Virus record (IMG/VR): IMGVR_UViG_3300009370_001679 | Coordinates: 1-64,000 of that record | Source: a virus | Taxonomy: Duplodnaviria > Caudoviricetes | DNA length: 64,000 bases | Reading direction: 5' to 3' (one strand) | Shown: piece after piece, positions 9,738-19,800 of the stretch | How the letters are laid out: each line of letters begins with the position of its first letter | How positions within the stretch are numbered: the stretch's first letter is position 1 | Made by a program: the position numbers and the translations under genes | Notes under the pieces: generated by a model | What the model saw: only the letters and a program-made list of their open reading frames with translations | What the model was told of the DNA's origin: nothing | Databases searched by the model: none

Positions 9738-10734
9738 CAAGAAGGATAAAGATTTTGTAGAGGTTAACGCTAAAGACAAGAACGACAATGACGTTACTGT
9801 CTGGGTTAAAAGACCTTCTACGGCAGAGTATAAGGATTCTCAGATTGAGTATAATAAGGCTTTTCGCGAAGCGTTAGAAGGCGGAGCTATTCTTAAGAAA
9901 AAGCTTGGCGAATACATGAGGTCTCAGGGGCTTTGGGATGATGCTAAAGATTCTGAAGAAAAGAGACTTCTTGCGGCAGTAGCAAAAGAAGAGGGCAAGC
10001 TCAAAAAGGGTGGTATCCCTCTTGAAGATGCTAAACAGATCGCGCTTGACTTGAGAAAGACTCGCGCTAAATTTAGAACCCTAATCGCGGAGAGAACTTT
10101 GTTGGACTCTAATACCGTTGAGGGCCAATCTGACAATGCTCGCTTTAATGCTCTAGTAACACTCTGTGTTTTGGATACAGACAAGGTTACGCCAGTGTTT
10201 GAAGACTTGGCTCAGTATGATAAAAAGGGTGACGAGCCTTGGGCCATTGAAGCCGCTAGTGAGTTAGCTTCTTTGATTTATGAGTTAGATCCTAATTATG
10301 ATAATACTCTTGAAGAAAACAAATTCCTCAAGAATTATAACTTTGCTAATAAAGAAAATGAGCTGATTAATTCTGACGGGCATGCAATTTTTCTAGATCA
10401 GGAAACAGGCAAAGAACACCTGATCGAAACAGAAGGTATGCGATTTGTTGCTTATCGCACAGAAGAAGGTTATCAAAAGCAGGATGAAGAAGATAGATAT
10501 TTCGTTAATAAAGACGGAGTTGAAATTGATGAAGATGGTAATCCTGTTGTAGATGATTTTGTTCCATTCTTGGACGATTCTGGTAAGCCTATCCCTGTGC
10601 CTATTAGCGCAGAAGAGGCAGAAAAAGCTGCGGAAGAAGCCGAAACCGCTGAAGAAGAGGCTGAGACAGCTGAGGGCGAAGAAACCACACCAAAAAAGCG
10701 TGGTAGACCAAAAAAGACTGAAGAAGTTACATAA
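9730..10734 (+). CDS. Tail assembly chaperone-like protein with acidic tail and AT-hook-like end
   Basis: Last gene before tape measure; GAGGAG SD; AEEAET repeats then KKRGRPKK. Confidence 0.5.
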   Translation: MSDKKDKDFVEVNAKDKNDNDVTVWVKRPSTAEYKDSQIEYNKAFREALEGGAILKKKLGEYMRSQGLWDDAKDSEEKRLLAAVAKEEGKLKKGGIPLEDAKQIALDLRKTRAKFRTLIAERTLLDSNTVEGQSDNARFNALVTLCVLDTDKVTPVFEDLAQYDKKGDEPWAIEAASELASLIYELDPNYDNTLEENKFLKNYNFANKENELINSDGHAIFLDQETGKEHLIETEGMRFVAYRTEEGYQKQDEEDRYFVNKDGVEIDEDGNPVVDDFVPFLDDSGKPIPVPISAEEAEKAAEEAETAEEEAETAEGEETTPKKRGRPKKTEEVT

Positions 10735-10745
10735 TTTTGTGTATA
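10735..10745 (+). promoter_or_regulatory. Putative late-promoter motif TTTTGTGTATA
   Basis: Begins right after the 10734 stop codon. Confidence 0.55.
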
Positions 10746-10762
10746 TAGACGTGGACAGTCTT

Positions 10763-10812
10763 AAAGGGGTAGCAAACGATACATATGTGTATTTCGAGCT
10801 GCCCCTTTTTTT
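10763..10812 (+). terminator. Intrinsic terminator/attenuator hairpin upstream of the tape measure gene
   Basis: AAAGGGGTAGC pairs with GCTGCCCCTTT, ending in a T7 run. Confidence 0.6.
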
Positions 10813-10839
10813 ATATCAAGCAGAGCATGAGAGGAGAAT

Positions 10840-13800
10840 ATGGCATCTAAATTCAATTTAACAGCGCAGTTGAGCTTGGCGCCTCCTACAAATGTTCCTC
10901 AGATAGTTAGACAGGTTAACCAGCAACTTCAGGGCATTTCGATGAACATTAACCCTGTTGTTAATGCCAAATCTCTTAACCAAGCAAATCAGGCTGTTCA
11001 GAGGGTTGGAGTAAGTGCAAAGGTTACTTCCAAAAATCTAAATACTGCTGCCGGTTCGGCAAGCAGCTTGGGTTCTGCGTTAGGTGCGGCGGCTAGAAGG
11101 TTCGCCTCTATTACGTTGGCTACGGGTTTCTTCTTAGCCTTGACTAGAGCTCTAGGTTCTGCTGTTGGTAGGGCTATCGAGTTTGAGAAAGAGATGTTGA
11201 AAATTTCTCAGGTTACTGGTAAATCGGTGCGGTCACTTAGGGATCTCAGTAATGAGGTAACAAGACTGTCTGGTAATCTAGGTGTATCCTCCGAAGAATT
11301 ATTAAATGCTGCGAGAACTTTATCTCAGGCAGGTTTTGCTGCCGACAAGGTAACTGGGGCGCTGAAGGTTTTAGCTCAGACTGATTTAGCTGCTACGTTT
11401 GATAACATTAAAGACACGACAGAAGGCGCTATAGCTATTCTTAGTCAGTTTAGAAAAGAAGTTCGGGCGGCGGGCGGAGAAGTTCAGTTCTTAGAAATGG
11501 CTATGGACTCCATTAACGCAGTCTCTAAGAGTTTTGCTGTCGAGTCTGCCGACCTTATCTCTGTGGTCAGAAGGACTGGTGGTGTATTCGAGGCTGCCGG
11601 TGGTAAGCTAAATGAATTGATTGCCTTGTTTACATCTGTTCGTGCGACAACCCGTGAAACCGCTGATACTATTGCCACTGGTTTTAGAACTATCTTTACT
11701 CGTATCCAGAGGTCTGAAACTATTGATAGCCTTAGAGAGCTAGGTATTGTTCTCCAAGACACAGAGGGTAAATTTGTTGGTCCAATGGAGGCTATAGCAA
11801 GACTCTCTGCTGGATTACAGGCTCTTGATCCGAGAGACTTTAGGTTTAATGAAATCGTAGAACAGCTTGGTGGATTCCGCCAAATTGGTAAGGTTATCCC
11901 TCTTATTAAACAGTATACCACGTCTACTGAGGCCTTAGCGGTAGCGAATAACGCGATGGGTTCTACCGCTAGAGATGCAGGTATTGCTCAACAGGGTCTT
12001 GGCAACCAGTTTGCACAGCTGAAAGAAAAGTTTGATGCCACTGTTCGTTCTTTGGCTGATAGTGATACATTTCAAACCCTAGCCACATCGGCAATTAAAA
12101 TGGCTGAAGCCATATTGAGAATTGTTGATGCTCTTGAGCCATTGCTTCCTATGTTGACTGCTCTGGCGGCATTTAAGTTAGGTCAAATTGCAATTCCGGC
12201 GTTTGGTAAATTTGCCGGTATTGGCGCAAATGCGGGTGGTAAAATACACGGCTTCGCTGGTGGTGGTATGGTTCCCGGTCGAGGAAATAGAGATACAGTT
12301 CCGGCGATGTTAGAGCCCGGTGAGTTCGTTATGCGCAAATCCGCAGTCAAGAAAATTGGCGCGAACAATATGGCGGAGATGAATGCTAAAGGGTATGCTT
12401 CTGGGGGTCAGGTTTATGAGCAGAATTATGGCGCGGCGATTCTGACGCCCACATCCTCTAAAGGTGACTGGAGCGGAGGATATACACAGATCTCGGAAGA
12501 GCAATCAGTTCCTATTGGGGGCTATAAGCTTGGAGACTCTAAAGGCAGAACCGCGCTTGAGGCATCATGGAATATAGTAAGAAACCGAATGCGATCAACC
12601 CCAGAGGAGCTTACGTTTAAGGAGTTTGAGCCATTTGCTATGAAGGAACTGGCCAAGCAAACTCCCATGATAGCGAAGTCTAGTCCAAACCAAGGTGTCT
12701 ATCAAGCTTTTGAGCAGGGTATACAAGACGGTATAATAGAGGGAACAAGACTTGCTGCCGTTAACGTGTCTAAACAGATACCGGGCACGACAGTTAGCAC
12801 ACCTGAGTCCGGGTCTCAAATCGAGAGCTTTATGGCATCTATTAATCAGGGCGCTAAAGGTAATATGTTTGAGCAGGTAATGGATGCTTTCGGAGAGCCT
12901 TTTGATCAGAGAGAGCCAGATCCGACAAAACCATTTGACTATATGCCGGGACAGTTTGGCCCTCTGAGGAAGGGGTTTAGTAATATTCTTGCTAAGGCCC
13001 AGCATATAGAAGCAAAAGCCTCTCAGACGAAAGCAGCGCCAGCCAAGATGGGACCCAAAGTGCTTGCGCAAAGAGCTCGCTATGCTCCTAACGATCAAAA
13101 CTTTCTAGGCAACGTGCAGGAGAAACTTATTCCACTATTAGCCAAAAAGCGGGACCAAGAGGTTCCAGCGGGCGCGATTCCGAAAAAAGGAAAAGGTACA
13201 AAAAAACCGAGTGGAGGGGTAATGCACACCATGCCCTCCACTGCGGGGCTAGCCAACTCTCATTTTGGTGGCAAGATAGGATATTACGCTAAGGGAGGCA
13301 AGACCGATACTGTTCCCGCAATGCTTACGCCCGGTGAGTTTGTACTGAAGAAAAGCGCCGCTCAGGGTATAGGTTATTCCAACCTTCATAGAATGAATCA
13401 ATCTAATGGTGTTAATGGATATGCCGCCGGTGGTATTGTTACTGGGACAAGAGGGTTTTACGGGAATGGAGTGCCCGGTGGAGGCGCGTCTATAGGAACT
13501 ATTCCCGGCATAGAAAGCGCATCTAAAGGCTTTACACAACTTGCTAAAAGTATAGGGGATCTTGTTGGACAGCTGATAAGAGCTGGCGAATCTATTACAT
13601 TGGGCGCAAATTCAGCGTCTGAAAAGCTGGTTCAGGGTGCAAATGTACTTGGGCCGGAACTCAGTCAGGCAGGTCAGGCATTTATAGGTTTGCCCGCAAC
13701 GATTTTGAACCTGTTGGATGATGGAGCAGTTCAGCTCGGAACTGGCCTAGCAGACGCCGCCAAAGGAATAGGCTCTATAGACAATATAATGATAAAAGCC

Positions 13801-16800
13801 CTTACAGCATCATTAGCCCCTTTCACAGCAGCTATGGCAGATGCTTCCAAGGGAATTAGCGCTGTTGACAACATAATGAACACCACTATGACAGGAGCAA
13901 TGGCACCACTCAAAACATCACTGTCATTGCTTGATGGAGAATTTAAGAAGTTTGGTAAAGAGCTAATGCTTAAGCTCAAATATTTTGATATTTTAAAGAA
14001 AGCCAATACTGATCTAGTTACCGTTATGAACGATCTCGGCAAGAAGCTTATAGAAAAGGGTGATGATTTTGACATATTGAAACCGCCTATTGCCACTGTC
14101 GAGCAGGCACTTATTAGGGTTTCTAATTACCTGAACAACTTTTATCAGATCTTTACGCCACTTGCGGGGGCTGTGCGGCAACTTTCTGTCGCCATGCAGA
14201 ATCAGGCGGCAACAATAACTGCAAGCGGTGCAGGAGTTGCGGCAGGAGCGGGCGGTGCGGCACTACAGGGGCCCATGACTCAGCTAGCCGCGAACATGTC
14301 TATGGCAGCCAAAAGAATGAGCAATATTGCAGTCATTGGTGCTAGCCTTCAGCAGGCGATGGCTAATTTGGTTACGTCCCTTAATTCGGGTAAAGGTAGT
14401 ATAAATAATATAACTATTAATTCCGCAGCCACAGCTCAGGAATTAGCCGAGCTAAAGGCTGAACTAGCAAAGGCCCAAGCTAGAATATTAGAGCTGGAAA
14501 CTGCCGCAGCGCAAGCCTCCACCCAAATGAAAAAGACTGGCGCTAGTGGTGGCGCAGCCGCCGGAGGCATGATGATGGGTGGTGGTGGTGGTGGCCAAAT
14601 GGGGAACAACCTGATGATGGCGGGCATGGCGGCGGGAATGGTTGCCCAGAGTATGGACGGACTGAACGACAAAACAAAAACTTTCGTGACAGATATTACT
14701 ATGATTGGTATGATGTTGGGAATGGTTGCAATGTCCTTTGCTCCTATGTTAAAGGGCCTGTTTATGGTGGCTGGATCTTCGACCACAGCCGCTGCGGCAC
14801 TTTCCGCACAGACTGCGGCGACAGCTGTTGAAGTTGCGGCATCTGAAGCGGCGACTTTAGCAGATATGCAGAAGGCAGGTGCCGGATTCGCCGCATCCGC
14901 GATAGATGCACAGAAAACGGTTGCCGGTGGTGCTGCTACCATAGCCGATAGACTCAAAGCCCTTGCTGCCGCCGATGCGGCGAAGGCAGATAAAATGAAA
15001 GCCGGTGCCGCCATGCTGGCAGGCGGAATTATGGTAGGTCTTGCGATAGCCGCCACTTATGTTATAATGAGAAGTAAGGCGCTTGGTGAACAGGCGAAAA
15101 AGCTAACCGAGGAATATCAAGATTCTATAAAAGAGTTGCAGGAGGGTGGCGCAGGTACGAATCTCGCAGACGCTCAGGCTAAAGTTAGAGCTGCCCTTCA
15201 GAAAGAGGCAGAAGCCGCTGGGGCTACATTCAGTGGGTTCGTTTCTGCTATTGCGGCGACTATTGTAGTTATCGCCGCTGCGGTCGGTCTGTTTTTCGCG
15301 GGGATTGCCACGGGCGGTCTGGCTTGGGCGGCTGCGGCAGCCATTTTTATTGCGGCAGCTGGAGTTGCTGGAGCGGAAATGGGGGCGGCGTTTGCAACGG
15401 CTGAGGAGGCGATAGGGGCGTCTACTGACGCTTTAGTAGCATCAACGTTCTATGCCGCCACAGCTCTGAACGGACTTACTGCGGCAAACCAAGCTATGGA
15501 ACTTGAGCAGCTTAGCGGCGTTGCGTTAATGGAGAGACAAGGACAGGCTTTTGACGACTTCTATGCTTCTTCTCTCCAAGCCGCCGGAGCTATGGCGTCT
15601 TTTCAGGGGATGGAAGCTGGTATGGATCAGGAGTTCAGGGGTGAGATGGAGGACTCAGACGTCTTTGAGGCCGTCAAGGATGGTGGGATTGATGCAATGA
15701 AGGAGTTAAGTCAGGCATGGTTTAAAATGGCTTCCGACATGAAGAACGGCATGAATGGCGCTGTAGACGAAATGATCGAAGGTGGCGCGTCTATCAGAGA
15801 CGCGATGGATAGCGCCGAAATACAGGGTCAGCTTAAAAAATACGGAGCTGCTGTCGAGATGGCTACACGACTCCAGATGATGATGAGTGGACTCCAAAAA
15901 CAACAAGCCAAACAAGAGTTGGGGCTTGCTGGCATGACAGATGAAGAAATGTCTCGGGCTCAGCGCCTTCAGGTGATGGCGAGGGAAAAAGAGCTTATAG
16001 ATAAGGCGTCCGCTGACACAGCCAAGAAAGCGTCAGATGCTCAAGAAAAATCAATGAACGACAGGCTAGAGGCTGACGCAAAAGCGAAAAAGGCTGCGGC
16101 AGAAAAGCTCGCTGCGGACATAGCTCTCGCAAAACAGGCATATCGATCTGCTTTAGCGTTAAGCACGTTTGAGGTTGCCATGGTTGGGCTGAGCGGCGCG
16201 ATGAGTATGGCAGATATGGAATTTGGGGCCCTTACTGGCAGTATAAAACAGTTTAAATCAGTTAACGATAAGCTGATTGCCACCTTAGCCTCTGGAAACG
16301 TTTCTCCCGAAGCTGAACAAGCAGCAATGGCTACGGCTGGCCAATTTGGACTAGAGAGGGAGACAGTCGCTCTTATTCAAAAAATGAAAGATAACGAAAA
16401 AATACGAAAAGTATTGACCGAAAAGGGGATGGAGGCATTTAGTGGAACGCTTGAGGAGAGCGCAGCAAATTTAAGGTTTGATGAATTCATGAGAGATCAG
16501 GGTATTGATCTGTCTGGACTTGACGCTGACATAAGAGCAGAAATTATGAATATGCTAGAGGATGGGCTTCAGCCGGGCGAGATTGAAGAAATCATGAATA
16601 AAATCAATGGCGCCAATGAAGAGCAGATAAAGGTGCTTGCGGAACTAGCCAAAGCACAGAATGATTACGTTGGCGCCCTGTTTAAATTTGGTGGTGAGGT
16701 AGTAAAGCTCAATGAACTATATGCTAAGGCTATTAGTAATGTAATTAGCGTCCAGCTAAAGGGAGCAGAGCGCCTAGCTAAGGCTCAGGGAAGAGATATG

Positions 16801-19800
16801 ACCGTGGGAGATGTTAGGGCGGCAGAAGAAGCTAAAAGAAGAGCTCCATTACAGGCAAGAGGTCTTGTTGGAGGTGGAGTCGGCGCTACACAAATACAGC
16901 TAGAAAGAAACAGACAGAAGGCTAGGGATCTGGCCGATAGAGTTAAGGCAGAGGCTGAGGGCGGTCAAGACGCAGAAACAATAACCAAGCTACAAAACGA
17001 ACAAAAAGACCTAGCCTCTGAGACCAACGCTCTTACGGCGAACCTTAAGAAACTTTCAGATCAGTCTAAGTTGGCCGCCGCCATTATGGGCGAGATAGAT
17101 AAAGAAAAGGGAAAACGGGAGACAATAAGAGGTTTAATCTCCGAGTTTACCTTTGCTAGTAATCAGGGCCGGAAGGATATGGATAGGAATTTCATGGCTC
17201 TCCAGAGGGTGATGGAGACTGGGAGCTTGAATAGTATTCCGGACGAGATGAGGTCTGCTGTTGGAGGGTTATTAGGCACCCTTGAGAATATAGCGATTGG
17301 GCCACAAGGTCAAACGGGTGGAGAAATCAAGAAGATGCTAGAGATGCAGATGGCTAACCAGCTTAAGATTAGAGCTACTGGTAGGCCGCTTACTGCGGAA
17401 GAGATGCAGAGAATATTTGATAAAACAACAAAAGAAGAGAAACTTATAGATGACCTAAAAGCTCTTAATGCCGAAGAGGTTGCGGCGGCGACGGCTCTCG
17501 CTGATCATCAAGCAGATAAGATTGACGACTTGTTGGTGGGAATTGAGAGACTCATTGCAACCCTAGAGGCTGCGCAAGCGAATGCTGGTAATGCGGCACA
17601 AGGTGCGATGCAGCAGATGCAAAACCCTATGCATGGAGGGTTAATTCAGGGATTCGCAGAGGGCGGAACAGCTTCTTCGTCTGCAACTTCTTTAGCCGCT
17701 GGGACTTCTGGAGTAAGCTCTTCGGCAAAAGCGGCAAGTTACACATCAAGCGGTAAAAATATGTTCCAGCCGCGAGGCACAGACACTGTTCCTGCTATGC
17801 TTACCCCGGGTGAGTTTGTTATGCAGAAGAGCGCAGTGGACAGCATTGGTGTAGCAACCCTAAGCGCTATGAATAAAGGTGAGAAGCCTATCTATAGGCA
17901 GGGGGGTGGTCCTGTTTCAACGAGCTGGATGAACTTTAACCAAGAGGATCTTACTCTGGGTGCCACTATGATGGGTGGAAGCATAACAGGGATAATTAAC
18001 GATGTTATAAAAGGTATAACAGAAACCGTCGCCAATGTCGGAGCCTTGAAATTTAGTGATTTTAAGGGTCTTACCGGTTCGGATGTAATAGCAGAAGATA
18101 CAGGATACAGGCTTGATGGCTGGGACGATTTTGTCATGAGTGGCGGTAAAAGTATGTCTGTTAGCGGCGGCTCTTTACATAGGGCTGCTCTTAAAAGACA
18201 AAGAACAAGGTCTGCACTCGAAGAATGGTTTGAGATACGTGCTTGGGGTCCGCGCATAGGTAATCCTGCGGTAGCGGCAGCAATGCTGGAAGACCTCTAT
18301 AAGAGAAAAGATTACATGCAAGCCATTCGTGCTCATAGGTTCTTTTATAATAAAAAATATCCAGACGGAGGAAGCATAGGAAACAATAAAAATAGTGGAG
18401 CCTTTGATTATTGGAATATGTCAGCGGCGGTAGGGGCAGACGCTATAAATGATGCGTTAGCAGCAAGCGAGGAAGCAGCGCGGTATCTTACTACCAACCA
18501 AACAGAAGGAGAGGTTGGCGCGGTTCAAAGCATATCGTTTGCTGAGGATATAAGGAAAAGGTATGCTGGGGGGCCCGCAAGGGGCGTGGCGGCAGGTCTT
18601 GCTGAAGATCCGAACACTGCGGTAACATTGGCAGAGGCTAGCAATTACCGGAGTGTTCAGAAGACGCTGCCTGAGCTTAGAAGAGTCTACCAAGAATATA
18701 GGACAAATGGTCAAAATATATGGGGATCAAATAAAAACATATTGTATTCAGGTGAAGACAAAGGAGCCAAGAATAGCATGGGCATGCCTTACCCCCTTAA
18801 AACAGAAGGGTCCTCGCCAAAACTTTTTGTCCCAGATCCTAGTTTGGCCTCGCAGAAACTGAAGAACCCGGGCGATCCACAGTATGCGTGGATGAGTGGC
18901 CCTAACTTTAGAACGAGTAAGTCTGTTCTCGGGACGGACAACGAGGCAGCGTACTACGAGTCGCTATTGGACGATAGCAAATTTGCTATAGTGGGAAATA
19001 GGATGGCGGAGATAAGCGGTATCGTTCGGTCCGCCACAAAATCGGCATCTTCTGCTTATGGTAGCTTTTTGCACAACAATTTATTTACCGATGAGATGGC
19101 GGGAATGCTTAAAGAGTTTTATACAGATCCAAATGCAGCGACCGCAGAAAATCAGGTAAATCAAATAGCTGAAAAATTACAGAGGGCCTCAAATTCGGGT
19201 GCATGGCAAGGGGGAGACCCCAATGCGATCTTAGCTGCTGTGGTATTTAACCAACTAAGCAAGTTGCCGGGCATTAGTGATGCTATAGAGAACACGACTG
19301 GGTTTAACCAAGGACCTGCTGTTGGCAGTGAGACGGCAGATAAATTTGCAGGGGCACTTGGTTATGTTCCTTGGCGATTAGATGATCCATCTTTGATGAA
19401 TAAAAACATTATAAAAGCTGTTGAGGATAGACGGAATGATGCGGGGCGGAGAATGATGGGGGCAGGCTTGATAACTGCGGATTGGGGTGCGGAGTTTAAA
19501 GCTCTTTGGAAGGGCGAGGACGATAAAACCATTTCGGCAAGTTTCGTTGCGGATAAAATGACTGCTCTTCTTCGTGAGATAGAAGGGCCCGGCGGAAATG
19601 ACATAATGGGAGCGGGTCTTTTAGGTGCCATCCAACAACAACAAGCAGACGCTGCCGCCGACGCAGCAGCACAAGAAGCCGCCGCTGTGGAAGAGGTTGA
19701 AGGTAGGGTCGTGCCAAATCTAGATGTTTTCTATGGCGGTGATGCTCAAAAAGCACAGGCTTTACTGACGGCTCTTGGAGAATATCCGGGTCGCGACAAA

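Noticed and set aside
10690-10720. Two in-frame A-AAA-AAG slippery heptamers at the end of the 334-aa ORF, as a G/GT -1 frameshift
   Set aside because: The -1 frame hits TAG or TGA within 1-3 codons. The overlapping 10553-10861 ORF is in the +1 frame, crosses the promoter and terminator, and looks like a shadow ORF.
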